DNA of 64,000 nt, taken from the NCBI GenBank assembly GCA_012295275.1, contig CM022665.1, positions 44,330,001 to 44,394,000 of the forward strand. The letters run 5' to 3'. The translations under genes were made by a program, and so were the position numbers. Below, in pieces: positions 33,001 through 47,650 of this stretch (its first letter is position 1; the number at the start of each line of letters is the position of its first letter). This DNA comes from Chrysomallon squamiferum (Eukaryota > Animalia > Mollusca). Under the pieces are notes generated by a model that saw only the letters and a program-made list of their open reading frames with translations, was not told where the DNA came from and did not search any database.

Positions 33001-34874
33001 TATCTTAATTAAAAATGAGAGAGGGAACAAAAAATAAATAAATTGTTGCTTCTGGTATAGCTTCCACGTTGAGTAATCAATACATTTTGTTTGAGTCATA
33101 TTTGTGATGATTAAGCCAAACTAATATTTCCAGCCACATCAGTATGTTTCAGAGGCCATTGTTTTTACTACTACTACTACTACTACTACTACTGTTACTA
33201 CCTACTACTGTTATTAGCACTATTGAGACTATTACTCTTGCTGTTTTTATAAATATTTTGAAATGTTTTTCTATGTTTTTATTTTTTTCTTCACAGTATT
33301 TACTTTTGTTTTCATTTTTGAAATTACTTATTCTGTATTTTGATCTACCATAAAAATTACATTGAAAACAAATATTAATAAATAAATAATTCTTTAGTAT
33401 TTAACTGATTATGTATATTTGCTATAACAAAATTTAAAGGTTTTATTCTTATCATTTTTTTAGTACATATATTCTAAGTAATCAGTGAACAAATCAATAC
33501 CTGTTGGTACCCCCCACACTGCAGTTTGACCCAGGCCAACCAATGTCTCAAAAACCATGCTGCATATTTTAGTCTGATAAAATGCCTGATGTACAGGTTT
33601 CCACTTTAGATCATAATATTAAAATTATAACTGACATTATGTAACTGTTTCAAATAAAACAGCAGAATTCATTAATTAGCACACAACAAGCAGTAATAAA
33701 GTGTAAAGGATGGATTTAAAAAAATACGATTTAATAATTTTTTCAAGTGTTCAGTGGTTTCATTGTTTCTTGGGTACAAAATGACTGAATAGCATTTTTA
33801 TGTATTATGGAAGTTAAAATATTGTTCAACCCCTTATCTATCAAATTTTAACAACTTTAATATAATAAAATGTGTTTTTGTCTGGAATGTTTATTGATTT
33901 GTTCAGTTACGAGACAGGGAAAAAAGGTCATGTTTATAGTAACAAGTGAAAACGTTATGGAAAACTGTTGTTGAATTTAATCATTTAATACAAAAACAAA
34001 AAATAATAATTTACATATTAGTACTTCTGCTAATGCTTCTGATACAACTACTGTTAGAATATAGTTGTAACTTTTTAAAATTAAGAAATCATTTTACAGA
34101 AAGAAAAACAATTTTTATCCTTTTTTCTTCTTTTGTTTTTAAAAAATAGTTTTCCATGCATGGGGAGCAGGTGATCAAAGCTTGCATTGAATCAAAGGCT
34201 AGTCATGTTGACATAAGTGGAGAACCCATGGTAAGTTAAAAAGATGATTTAAAAATACACAAAATACATTTCTTTTCTTCATAGCCATTTCACCATTTGC
34301 TTCAACTGTGCATTACTGACAAGATAAACCTGTTCTCATTGTTAAATGTTCAATCCATTACTGTCTAATCAATAGGTTTCAGGTTTCTGCCACTTGTTAA
34401 ATATGTTATGAAATGTTTCAGTTTATTCTTTACTAAAAATTAAAAAAAAAAACCTGTTATATAATAAAACCAAATTTTTTTTTTAAATTGATCGGTTTTG
34501 AATTGTATAGAATATATAATGTTTAACAGCATTAGGAATACGTCAGTAAAATATTTTTTAAAGTACAGTATTTATAATGTTTAAAACATTTTAATTAACA
34601 GTATTTGGAAAAGACACAGCTCCTGTATTCTGCAAAAGCTCGTGAATCGGGTGTCTACATTGTGGGCAGCTGTGGTTTTGACAGTGTCCCAGCTGACATG
34701 GGTGTCGTCTTCACAAAGAAAAACTTTGACGGTAATCAGATTTCTTCTACTATGTATCGATAGCAAGTCAAGTTTAAATGAAACAGATTTAACAATCTTA
34801 GTTATTAATAAAAAAATAAATGGGTTTTCCTGTCTACCTCTAAATTATTAAAATAATAATAAAACAGTATTAAA

Positions 34875-34914
<40 letters not shown>

Positions 34915-37900
34915 TGCATATATAAGATCCTTTGCTGCAGATTTGAAAGAGTACTTCGTGTATTGTGAGAGTTTGTTACACAATTGGTCTTTGCCTGTAT
35001 ACTTGATGCCATATAAATGTTGATGTTGTTTTTTGTAGGTGATCTTAATTCTATTGAATGCTTCATCAGTTTTTCTTCAAGTGAGGTAAGTTTTTTATGA
35101 AGTAATGACACATCTGATAGTTTGTCTTTGATATTCATTTTGAATAAAAGCTATTGCAAGACAAATATTCTGAAAGTATTATTTAAGTTTCAGTGTTACC
35201 TAATAATTACTTAAAATTTTATGGACTAGTTAACAATATAAAAATTGTCGAAATATTTATTGAAATAAAGAAAACAAACTGGACTTTGCTTTTTATGTAA
35301 ATCATGTTTTGAAATACTGAAATGAGCAGAGTTTGTCCTACATTAATTTTACAGTAATCTATTTGAAAATAGTAAGATGTGCTTTTGATTGTCTTGTTAC
35401 ACTGTAATACTTAACAAAGGCTAGTGTTGAGAATGAATCAATTTAGAAAATGCAAAACATATTTATGCTGTTCACACTGTGTTCATGTTCAACAGTTTCT
35501 AGAACACATTCAGATTTTATATGGTAATTAATGATTACAAAACAAATGTGAAATGCTTGCATCTGTTAACTTTTTTTTACACAAAATTTATTAACTACAA
35601 TGCAATAAGTCCTGTTTTAATTAAAATATTAATGCAATTTGAAAAAACACAACAACAAACAAACCTGAAACATACTGGAACCTGTAACAGGTGTTTATTT
35701 TTCTGGCATTTCACACTGGTTACTCCATTTTATGTTTAATGTTTACAGCCGTTGGGAATCAACTTTGGCACATTTCAAACAGCAGTGCACAGCTTTGGAG
35801 CTCAGGGTGAGCTGGCCACAGTGAGGAAAACCCTTTTCCCAACACCACTGCCTAAAAGTAGCCACAAATTACAGAGAAGGTCAGTGTCTACGATTTTTTA
35901 AAAACTATTACAGTCAAGTTGCATTTCATTTTCTGATGTTGATTCCTTTTGATAATTTGACTGGTGTCAGTTACGTCATTGGGCAAAACTCAGTTTGGTT
36001 TCATTTAGTTTTTGGAAAATTGATGACCACATTAATATATTTTGTCAGACCATTATTCTGCATTTATTTGTGCATTTTGAATTGTGTAGATAGTGTTTGA
36101 AAGTAAGCAAAATTCAGAATTAAGATAGTACAGGGGATTTTTTTTTAAATTATAGGCTAGTTAATTAATTTTTTTTTATTTGAATAATTTAAATTATTGA
36201 AAGATTAAATTTAGATGATGATGATGATACAGTTTAATTTTTTTTTTTTTTTTTAATTTAGATACTGTTTGAATTTTTTTGAAAATTTATAAGTTTTTTT
36301 ATTTAAATCAAATTGTTCATTTTATTGAATTCATTGTTTTTTTTTTTTTTGACAGGTCACTGATTTTCTTCAGTGAGGAGGTGAACAAATGGTGCTTACC
36401 TTTCCCTGGAAGTGATCGCTCAGTTGTCAACAGAACACAGAGATACAACTATGACATCAAGAAAGAACGACCTGTGTGTAATCACCTTAGCAATACTAAA
36501 TAAATATATAAATACATTATAAATTTTAATTAATTAAATGTTAAATTTAACATCGTTAAAACCCAGCATGCTGATTTTTAAAATCATTAGGTACATATTT
36601 ATAAAAAAAAAAAAAAAAAAAGCCATGTAATGTTTTTTCATTTTCATATAGTATCTATTAACAGACTCTGCCTATTAAAGCTTCAGTTAAAAGGCTTTGT
36701 AATTTGAATTTTGGCTGTACTTACAGCAGTTTTGATATTTGGTATATGTACTCTAATAAAATTTGAATGATGTATGTCATAAATGTTTAATTTTTTTTTG
36801 ACAGGTTCAGTTCAGTCCATACGTTAGTTTTTCAAGTCTTTTTTCTGCAGTCATGGTTGCTTTGTTTGCAATCATTTTTGGATTGTTATCCAGATTTGGA
36901 ATTACAAGAAATCTGCTTCTGAAGGTTTGGATTTAACTGTTGTTTTTTTTTTAAAAAAGAAAAGTAAAATAACAGTATTTCATTCTTTAGGGTTATTATT
37001 TTGTATTTATTTTTTTGGGATGTTTTGATCATATTTAAATAAGATTTAAAATTTAAAAAAAAAAATTATCAGTGAAATAATTTAAAAAATCATCATCATA
37101 CAATATGATTTAAAGCTTTATTTCTTATCTGAAATGAAAACTGAGTGGACATTTTTGCTTTATTTCAGTCTGGAGTAAAATAAAAATATAAAAAAATAAA
37201 CTTGGTATTCTTTTTTTTAATAATAATACATTAAAATATTTAATTCAGATTTAGCTTTGTTTCAGACTGAAGTAAAATGATGATAAAAAAAATAAAAAAT
37301 AAATATAAAAAATTAACTTTGTAGTTACAGTTTTTAAATATTAATATATGAAGATGTTTTATAATGCATAAAGTTTTAGCATTAAGCTATTGAAGATATA
37401 GTTTAACAAGTGTAAATTTCTCTTTGCAGTATCCTTCATTCTTCAGTAATGGCGTTTTCACCAAAGAAGGCCCCTCCAAAAAACAAGTAAGAATTTCTTT
37501 GTAAAAGTTAATCTCAGAATATATCATGTAATTTTAATTTTGGAAAAAAGAGTAGGAAATGTTAATGGCTTGAATTTAATTTAAATTTTTTTTAGAAATA
37601 ATTATATAAGCTGTACAGTATTTCTGTTGTGCTTTTTTAATGTTAAATTTATATTTTCTGATACAGTTCAGTGTTTTTTGGCTTAATAATAGGGCTGATA
37701 GGAGAAACAGATTTGGATTTTGTTAAAAAGTTTGTACCTGATAAGAATTTGCTTTCTTGAAGAAACCTTATGCAAATGTTGCAGTTCAGGAAAGTTTAAA
37801 ACCCATGAATATCAAAAACTCATAACTTTATGCCCAGTTGTGCAAATCTTTAGCAAAATTTGTTGTATATCTGCTATACATCAAATTTATGTAATTAAAC

Positions 37901-39184
37901 AGAATACAAGTTCTTTAATATGTCTATTTAAACAGTATTTTAATACATTTTCCTTCAAATATTTTAATTCTTCTACATATTTTTGCAGAAAGTCAAGTTG
38001 TTTTTATTCTGTTAACAGATAGAAAGTACCTCGATGTGTCTGACATTCGTTGGACGTGGATACAGCAAGAAACTGGAAGATCCCACTGCCACTCACGAAG
38101 AAGCTCCTGATAAAACTATTATCACAAAGGTCATGGGACCAGGTCAGGATTGCCCAATCATTTTTGTTTTTACTCAAAACATAAGATTCTGATTATCCAA
38201 TAGCTGTTGCCGTTATATAAAAAAAAAGATTAAGGAAGTATTGTTAGTTTCAAAAAAAAAAAAAAAAAAAAAATTAAATCTTGATTTAAACTCTTTTTAA
38301 TTTCATTATTAATAAATAATTTATGAAGTTAACAGATTTGGGGCTTGATCTTTCCTTTTTAATATTTAATTTTTTTTTATTTATTTTAAACGACATGAAT
38401 TTCAGAGGAATTACTTGAAATGTTGTTTTTCAGTAAAAAAAAAAATTTCAAACATAACAGGATGGCCTACATTGATAAGATTTCAGTTAACATTTAAAAT
38501 ACTTATTTTATTTTCAAAGAACCGGGCTATGTGACAACTCCTATCTGCTGTGTGCAGGCTGCCCTTTGTATTCTGAAGGAGAAAGACAAACTTCCACAAG
38601 AGTAAGTTCTGTTTTATATACACTGTAACAAGGAATTGTATGATTAACATTCATTTTTGTGATGTGGGATTATAGTCATGAAACACGGGATTTACTTCCG
38701 TTTGTCATCAGAAGTATTCATGGAATCAGAATTACCCAAGTTTCTGTGATATTTAGGTATGAAATTTAAAAATTTCCACGTGTAATTAATAAAATTAAAA
38801 TTAATTCACTTACTGTTAGATGAAAACGAATATTACTGTCATTCAGGTATTCTTTTTTTCTTTTTTTTTCTTCTATTGCTGCCATTCTTAGTTTGTTTTT
38901 TCTAAATTGAATAATACTGTCATTAAGAAGATTCTTAATTTTTTTTTCTTTTCTAGAATGAATATTAGTGTTCAGGAAAATTGAATAATAATGTCATTAA
39001 GAAGATTCTTAATTTTATTTTTTTTCTAGAATGAATGTTACTGTTCAGGAAGTTTCTTAATTTTTTTTAATTTTTTTTTTTTTTTAGTGGGGGTGTTTTC
39101 ACCCCTGGTGCTGCCTTTGCAGATACCACCCTGATTGAGCGACTTCAGAACCACAACATCAAGTTCGAAGTAGCATCCAAGTAA
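27632..39184 (+). CDS. SCCPDH: Saccharopine dehydrogenase-like oxidoreductase, canonical paralog B, 427 aa
   Basis: Exons 27632-27821, 31314-31420, 34150-34230, 34602-34731, 35039-35085, 35749-35879, 36356-36473, 36805-36924, 37430-37486, 38019-38142, 38520-38601, 39088-39184. All GT-AG, 1284 nt open. Motifs: FDIVVFGASGFTG, WAIAGR, INCVGP, DISGEP, SCGFDSVPADMG, NFGT, GPEPGYVTTPI, GGVFTPGAAF. Confidence 0.97.
30590..31320 (+). repeat. Degenerate ~60-bp tandem repeat running into the SCCPDH-B exon 2 acceptor
   Basis: Units like tgcatatattttatattgttg.tggagttaa.gcagtaaaatataaccattata recur about 10 times; two units carry ttttcag(a/t)taaagatataaaac (30654, 30861). Confidence 0.8.
38826..39087 (+). 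repeat. Short tandem duplication (~73-bp period) before the SCCPDH-B last exon
   Basis: aattgaataata.tgtcattaagaagattcttaatttt...ttctagaatgaat.tta.tgttcaggaa occurs at ~38906 and ~38979, with partial copies on either side. Confidence 0.8.
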
Positions 39185-41659
39185 AACAGCTGCTAACAGT
39201 GACTTTGTCCTGCTGTTGCTTTGAAAACTCAGTGAATTGCAGGGAGTCTTGCTATCTACATTCTTTCCGCCTTTGAATAACCGCACTTTAATAATTAAAA
39301 AAAAACTGTTTTTTCTGCACACACACACATTGTGATAAAGGTTTTAATGCTGTCTTAGGATTTCAATGTGAAAATGTTAAAAATGGGCTTGTTCGTAATG
39401 GATCAATATCTTATCTATCTATCAGTGTGATTGTTTCCAAAAAGTGTTGGTTATGCTTTTTATCCTATATTGGACTGCTGTAATTCATTCATGCAAAATC
39501 TTGTTGAATCGTTTAATTTGGTGATGGTGATGGTGATGATTAAATGTAGCAAAAATTATTGGAAAAAAAAAAAAGTAACTGGCATTTGAATCTAATTTAA
39601 TTACTTGAACAGTTGACGTGAAGAATCTGTCCCACAATATATTTGTGGCATATAGGTACAAATTTTTAAATTACTGTAACACGATCACCTTTGTGACCAA
39701 TATATAAAGAATGAGCTTCTAAAACAAATTTATAAAATACTATGTTGGTTATAAAAATGCCAATTTAATGACTGTTTTGGCTTTGTTGACAAATCTTCCA
39801 AGTTTATCGAAAGAAAATTATTCATATCAGTGTAATATACTTTCGACATATTGCTTGTATCTTGTTGTGTTTTGGTTATTGTTTTTTGATTTTGTACAGT
39901 TTTTGAAATTTCAATTTCTATTTATAATTTAATCTGAAAATTGACTTGCTTATAAATGAATATTGAAATGTATTTCTGAGACGCAGATTTCAGAAAATTG
40001 TAATTTAGATTTAGCCATATCATCTTTGAAGTTAAATGATTTAAGTTTAAAAACAAAAAAAATAAACTGAAATTCTGCAGTTAATTATCAGTCAGAACAT
40101 CTCTTTAATAAAAATTATTTTGATTCAAGACTTGATAAACATTACACTTGTGTAATGTAATAAATGTTTAAAAACTTAGTCAGTTGTGAAAATTAAGTTA
40201 TAAATTTTTCCTAAAAAGGGACCAGATCAAAATGTAATATTTACAGTAAACATTGTTTTTATTAGTTTTTTTTTTTTTTGCCTTTTGGATTCCATTTTGT
40301 TATTTGAAAATGATTTTCAAAATTTGTTCTAATTCTGATTCTTACTATTTAAATTTAAAAGAGTTGTATAAATCTGAAATTGTTAGAGTTAAAAGTAGTT
40401 TTCTTTGGAGTAACCATATTTGTGAACTTGATTTTTTTTTTTTTTACAATGTATAAAAATAATACTGGTTTTTCTTCTTTTCTTTTGAAACTAAAACATT
40501 TTTATGGTGCTGTAATTGTATGGTTTACTTTATTATGCATTTAGTAGTGTTAACCAATTTTCAGATAATTCAGATGTTCCACAACCGTCCAAAGAAAACA
40601 AATTTAACAAAATGTTAACTTGTACATAAAATGCTGTCTGAACAAGATGGGATCTTATCTTCAAAGGACCATTCAAATATTTTTACAATTTGACATTTAA
40701 ATATTGTCACAGGTTTTGTTTACTGAGCTTGTTTTGTCTTTCACTGCTTTTTTGTATTAACAGCTTTCGACTTTATTCTTGTTATTATATGCATTAAAAA
40801 AAAAATAAACAGTGCTTCTACAGCAGTTTTGTAGTTTGTTATAATTTAAGATTCAAAATTCATCACATGATTTTTTGCTGGAATGCATTCTCTCAACTTT
40901 CAGTTGCATAATACAAATACCATATTAATGATACAAGAATTAAACCAGCTGGATTTTTCGATGGTAAATCATCAGTGTCTTTAAATTTATCTTCCAGATT
41001 TATGAGCTGTTTGAATTAAAAACATAGCGAAAGAATAGAATTTAAGAAATGTTTTCAATTTGTTGGGGTTTTTGAAAAACATCTGCAACATTAATATTCT
41101 GCCTGTTGATACATTATGTGAACATTAATAGCTTGTTTTAATAAGACTCCAGAGCGAATATTTATCAGGTTTCTAAAACCAGCTATTTGACCAGTTTACA
41201 TTGCAACAAAAGGTATTAAATGTTTTTCATTTTTTACCCATCAAAAAGAAAAGCAGATAAAAAAGACATAAGTTAAGACAGAATAGATCAAGCCAATAAC
41301 AGAAACAATTTGATATTATTAAATTTTTTACAGCACTATTATTATTATGTCTTATCAGCAAATAAATTTCATTATACACAGTTTCACAAGCAAGTACAGA
41401 AACTGTCATTCTCACATCTACAGTTTTTTGCTAATGTATTTTTTAAAGTAGATTGCCTATAGACTCGTAATATAATTTAATACTTTTTAAACTGTCAATA
41501 ATCATCCATTAAATTAAGACATTCTGAAAAATAAATTTTGGTAATTCTAAATGATGTACATCATTTAAGTACTTGGTCTCATTTTTTTTTTTTTTTTTTT
41601 TTAAATTGTTCTGTATGACTATTTGCAGAAATGTTTGTTCAGTTCAAATAAAACTTAAA

Positions 41660-44600
41660 TCACAAAGATCCCGACAAAACAGAAGACTTCTGAAACTGTC
41701 CAATGGTTTCCAGGATGAAAGCTCTGAAAACAGACAAACAAACATTTCTTTCTTTAACAACAGATTAATATTACATACTATGGTCAGGAATACACATTTT
41801 TGTGGAATAATGATGTAACAGAAGAAACAATGTTGTCATATATTGGGCATTTCCAATTAATGACAAATGATTATTATGTTGGATCTTTTCAAAAATAGGA
41901 AAATATACCATATGATAAATAAATTAAGTAAAATGAAGAACTGACCAAGCATGGTTAATCCCAGTGGCTACTGTTAACAATGAAGTCCAGTGAACTTAAC
42001 TTTAAAACAAAATATCATCTTGTGTTTGCATTTGCACATTTAATTTCCCAAATTAAAGAAGTGTAATTTTAAGAATATTTCAGTACATTTAATAAGATAA
42101 TAATTTTTTTCACAATGTATAATGTATGTTCTTATCAATATTGTTCTTATCTATTTGAGTTTTACACACATATCTTCAATATTTTTATACCTGAATTTTT
42201 TTCTTCTTTTTTTATAAAAATTCTTCTACCAGTAATGACAATAACAGTGCAAATATGTGTCTTTTTTTTTCACTCTAATTAAGCAGTAACAATAATTTTA
42301 AATTAATGATTTAATGTGTTGATTTGACCTCACCTGGCTCTTTCAGCCATTTCGTTGCCACACCAGCGAGGACTGTATGGGTATTTGTCAAACACCTGAA
42401 TGTACGGCTTTCCTTTGGACTCGTGGTAAACAGACTGAAAAATAATCTGTGGCTGTTCTTGGGGAAACTGCATGGGCAGGTCAACTGAAGATGTACAGAA
42501 ATATTTTGTTAATTATCATGGTAATAATTTTTTTTTTTTTTTTTTTTTAATGTTGAAGTGCAGCTGAAAATACAAAATAAATGCTTAGTTAATTAAAAAC
42601 ATAATAGCAATCATTTTTTTTTAAATGTACAAGGGAACAGAAAGTACAAAATAAATGCTTAGTTAATACAAAAATGTAATAGTAATAATTTTTTTTTTTA
42701 AATGTACAAGGGAACTGAAAGTACAAAATAAATGCTTTGTTAATTATACAGATGGATCATAGATATATATTTACAGGTGTCAACAGAAAATAAATGATTT
42801 GTTAAATATACAGGTAGATAGATCATAGTAATAATTTTAAAAAAATAAAAAAATACAAAGGCAGGTGTTAACTGAAAATAAAAAATACTTTGTTAATTAT
42901 ACAAGTAAATCACATCAATAATGTATCTGCAGGTGTGAACTGAAAATGTAACACTTAAACAAATACATTATTTTAATAATATTAAAATAATCTTATTTTA
43001 CAAGGTACCTGGCTCAAACTAAACAGAAAAATTAAATAAAAATGATCTTGTGTAAGGCACAAAGAAGACAAACATGAAAGAAGATATGTTAGTAACATTT
43101 GTTTAGAATGTTCTTTGCTTTGACTTATACAAAAAAGGACAATCAATTAAAATTCCTGTAGTACAAGCATGCTGTGGAGTTATTCTTTGTAAAAAAAAAA
43201 AACAACAACAAATAAATAAAACAAAAATATTAAGTTAAAAATATGAAAATGAAGAGCCATCATTTTGAATGTCTTTAGCCTCAACATGTGAATGATATTA
43301 AGTAATTAATATAACTCTTGAATTCATGTCTTCTAAGTTAAACTCACTGTTTATTATGAAGTAGAAATCATGCCATTCAAACAGGAAGGAAATCATATTA
43401 AAGCTCTCCATGTCATATTCCAGTACTGACCTGAGAACAAAAATAAGAAAAATCGTCATAAAAAAAAAAAAATGACCTGTTAAGTTAAAAAAAAAACCCA
43501 TAATAATAAATAACGAAAAAAAAAAAAAAAAAAAAAAATAAAATAAAATAAAAATACCACTACTACCACTACTACTAATAATAATAAAAATAAAATGAAT
43601 AAACAAAATTATATCTCTATAAAACAGCATTGTAAACAATTTCGTTATATATTATTAAATTATCAATCATCAACTGACAGAATATTTTTGAAATAAGATA
43701 TATTTATCAGCTCATTTTAATGGTAACGGAGGACAAAAGAAGTTTTGAAGAATACTAACCTGCCATACACACTAAGAAATGCTGCGATGTATTCTTTCCT
43801 CTTTTCATGACACTGTACAATACGATCAACCTGAAACAAATACACATGAATTTCAAAAAATTATAAAGTTGTTGTATTCTTAAAAACAGCATTTTGTGAA
43901 TAACGTGGAAATAATATACACATTCAGTATGAATCAGATTTGTTTGAATGGTTAAAAAAAAGAGAAAGAACATCTCAAAATTATAAATTCAGAAAATAAG
44001 TAGATTATGATTTTATTTCAAGACAAAAAAAAAAAAAAAGAAGATAATAGATGAGAATAAAAAATTTATGGTAAATAAATAATCTTAATTCAAAATTCAA
44101 AATTCAGAAAATAAGTAGATTATGATTTTATTTCAAGACAAAAAAGAAAAGAAGATAATAGATGAGAATAAAAAATTTATGGTAAATAAATAATTTTAAT
44201 TTAAAAAATGAACACTATTAAATATATTTCTATATATATATATATAAGAAAAAAACAAAACAATAATGAACTGCCACACTTGTATAACAATCACACCTTG
44301 TTTCTTAATAACACACACACATTCTGAACATAGTCTATGAGGTGTCCTCCTGAAGGGTAGGCAGGGATCCTCAAACAATAAGCTCCACCTAAAGCCCTGA
44401 AATACACAGTGAATTTTTCATCAGCAAAAAAAACAGATTGAATTTTAAAAAAAAACTTTTGATATTTTATTATTCAAATAGCTTTCAAACAGGATTTTTA
44501 TATAACATCCACTTTCCCAGACAAAACAGACTTGCACATGTATCCACAGGTATGCAGAGAGATAAATAATCTGAAGATACACAGATAGACAGACAGGCAG

Positions 44601-47151
44601 ACATGGCCATAACCTATACTGATGCAAATGAGGAAAAAATGCCTCATACTAAAATTGACGATTTTTTTTATAGAAAAATATAAATATCTTTTCTGATAGA
44701 AACATATATATTCTGAATGAATTCGCTTTTGTCTACAGTTCCCATTCAAAGTCGGAGTTTCTCACCCAAATTATTTTGCCCCACTCCTCTCTGTGATTAA
44801 GTGTTTTTGCTTCATTTCAAAAAGTTATGATACAGCAAGCTAAACAAGATAGACAGACAGATATATGTATCCATAAATATACCTTAAATATATAAAATTA
44901 ACTGATATTCGTCATTACTGTTTTCATAAACTGAACGATAAACATTATGTGGCGAATAGGAAAGCACAGTTTCTGTATGTAATGATAATGTCTTACTTTT
45001 CGACTCTTGGAGATAAAAATAGCTGTGATGTCACCCTCATTCCTTCAGGTGACTGATATGTCACCAACAAAACAGCATAATCTTCTCCTGGATTGTCCTG
45101 TAAACATTTAAATAAAACATGTCTAATTTTAAAAGAATTGTCCTTTTTTAAAGTGATATTTACACACAGACACATGCATGTAAACAAACACACACATATG
45201 TCAATGACTCACAAAATAATCATTATAACAGATAATAGTGATATCATGTTGTACCAAAACACCATAAATTTTTGGCATTTTCAATCATGTTTTGCAGTAA
45301 ATCAAAAAAAAAAAAGAGAAGAAAAATAACATGTATGTTTTACTGTCATAAATACCTTTGTTAAATATGCTGGTATCTGACTAAAGTCAATTGGCAATTT
45401 TATCAAAAATCTGACACAGCCCATTCTGCCCTAATAAAAATAAAGTAAAATAATAACAATAATTTAAAACAAATTTAGCTCCAGTATAAATTTCAACAAC
45501 TGAAATAGTAACATGTTCTAAACTTTAATTCTAAATATTACATTTTCTGAACTTTTTGATTTTACAACATAAATTTTAATAATCCAAATGTATTACATAT
45601 TTTAAACTTCACCTCAGATTTAATAAAATTTAATATTAATAATAATCCAAACTATAACATCTTCTAAACTGTACTTCTGATTATAAAACATCTATTCCAC
45701 TAATTCAAATTATTACATCTTCAAAACCTTACTTATGATTTCACAACATCTATTCCATTAATCTGAACTATAACATCTTCTAAACTGATTTTACAACATC
45801 TATGCCATTAATTCAAAATTGAATCTTTAAATTGTTTTCTAAATTACCTCTGATTTTGTGACATGAATTTCAATATCTTTTGGAGACAACTCTGACTGGT
45901 CAATAAGAGTTGAGAATTCAAAATTGAATCTGGAATTGTTTTCAATTAAACTTTGATTATGTGCCTGGAATTCACTGAGAAGTTCATGAACAGCAAAAGA
46001 CAATGAACCACTGTCAGTTGGGTCCCAGTCTGTCAAACTCTGAAACAAAATAATAAAGTTGTGGAATTAACATACAAGTAAAATAAAATATATATACATA
46101 CATACATGCATTCATACATACATACACACATACATACATACATAAACACATAATGGGTTATTTCATATTTCTGTCATGATACCTTTCCTCATCATTTCAA
46201 TTAACCAAAATAATAAACACATTAGGTAATTTCACATTCCGGCCACTGCTCCAATCTTTAAGTTTATTAATTACATATGTCTTTATTACAAATATGAACA
46301 TTAATTATAATCTCTGTTGTTTTCTTTTAAATTAATGTTTTATTTTAATTACACTTATTCAGTATAGTATTGTTGAAAAGAAATATGACACATCTGTCTC
46401 AAATAATTCACCAAAAGTCAAAAAAGCATTACATTATTCTTTTAATTATTCAATTAATAGCTGTTGGCAGTATCAGATGCTTTTATTTTGAATGACAAAT
46501 CTTAATACCACTCACACACTAAAAATGCTAAATATGTTTATACTAACCTTAATTTTTTCAAGGGGTGGACAAAAATCTTCATCATCAGGTCCAAAAATAA
46601 AGTCAGGTGGTTCATCAGGATTATTATTATTAAATAATATCTCCCCTGTGAGAAAATAACAAAATAATTCACACCTAATCAGTTAATTATTTTAAATCTA
46701 AAAATATTAAAAAGGTAGGTGGGGAGAATACATAGAGACAAAAACAAAAATTCAGTTTTAACTTATATTATACTTTTTTTATTTTTCATTAATGTATATG
46801 AAATATATAAATAAATAAATATTGTTAAAAACTGAAATAATATAAAAATTTGTTTTAAATTTTAAGAGTGAGTTATAACTATTATAAATTTTTAATAATA
46901 CATACATGTAAGGAATTGTCCTCCATAAGGAATCACCAGTTTAAATCTGTCACAAAATGGTCCTTGGATGACTGTTGGGCAACTACAATATTATTAATAA
47001 TAAAAATTAAAAATTAGATTTATAAACATGTCAAAGCTACTTACCTAATTTTCACATGGAATTTCCGCATTAAGATAACCATAACTCGCGTAACGCATAT
47101 CATAAACACATACAATTATTAGGGTTACATACAGATGACAGTCTGAAAATA

Positions 47152-47208
<57 letters not shown>

Positions 47209-47419
47209 ATCACAATTTAATCTCACGATTAAGACGTGAAGTCAATAAAAAAGGAACAATTTGAAAATAAACACCAAAATATTACCTGTTATGTGCATCA
47301 TAGACATTCATATTTCCAGAACATATTGGGGATTTTCCTTTAATAAGTAAATATTCGACAAATGGTTTAATTTTCGGAGAAAATGTATTTAAAATATCTA
47401 TATCTTTCGATTTAACCAT
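41660..47419 (-). CDS. BABAM2: BRISC and BRCA1-A complex member 2 (BRE/BRCC45), 381 aa
   Basis: Exons 47419-47286, 46982-46906, 46645-46548, 46039-45848, 45430-45356, 45097-44997, 44396-44297, 43830-43760, 43430-43348, 42484-42334, 41723-41660; 1146 nt open. Motifs: [67 protein letters not shown]. An in-frame ATG at 47488 could add 23 aa. Confidence 0.97.
42476..42950 (-). repeat. Degenerate tandem repeat derived from the BABAM2 exon 10 acceptor junction
   Basis: The junction (gcagg)tcaactgaag...tttgttaattat recurs about 6 times: cagctgaaaata, gaacagaaagta, gaactgaaagta, caggtgtcaacagaaa, gcaggtgttaactgaaa, gcaggtgtgaactgaaa. Confidence 0.8.
43985..44195. repeat. ~115-bp near-perfect tandem duplication in BABAM2 intron 7
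   Basis: aaattcagaaaataagtagattatgattttatttcaagac(a)n...gaagataatagatgagaataaaaaatttatggtaaataaataat is present twice, at ~43985 and ~44100. Confidence 0.92.
45500..45862 (-). repeat. Degenerate ~55-60-bp tandem repeat next to the BABAM2 exon 4 donor
   Basis: Units resembling tgattttacaacatctattccattaattcaaa.tattacatcttctaaac; the unit nearest the exon copies exon 4 coding sequence. Confidence 0.75.
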
Positions 47420-47650
47420 CTTGATACTCCACCGATTCTTCAATACGTAATGCGCTTTAATCTTATAAGTATAATGAATGAAAGCCATGTAATTAGTACC
47501 AGTTGTTCATTACATTATTTCCGGATACTGTCAACAGCACATGTATTTGTTATTAAACTAACGAACAGCGTTAAATAATGTCTTATATTTATAACTTTAT
47601 TAATTAATGTGTTATTATTGCAGTAAAATAATCGAAAATTACGTGTAAGC
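47420..47650. promoter_or_regulatory. Compact bidirectional promoter for BABAM2 (-) and DDX28 (+)
   Basis: Divergent genes; TTTCCGG ETS-like core at ~47518-47524 with local CpGs. A candidate non-coding DDX28 exon would end at the GTAAGC donor (47645) and splice to the ttttcag acceptor at 47973. Confidence 0.6.

Noticed and set aside
40772-40809. Opposed AATAAA signals implying overlapping SCCPDH-B and BABAM2 3' ends
   Set aside because: AATAAA is very common at this AT content and the minus-strand site lacks a GT-rich downstream element; cannot be supported without 3'-end data.
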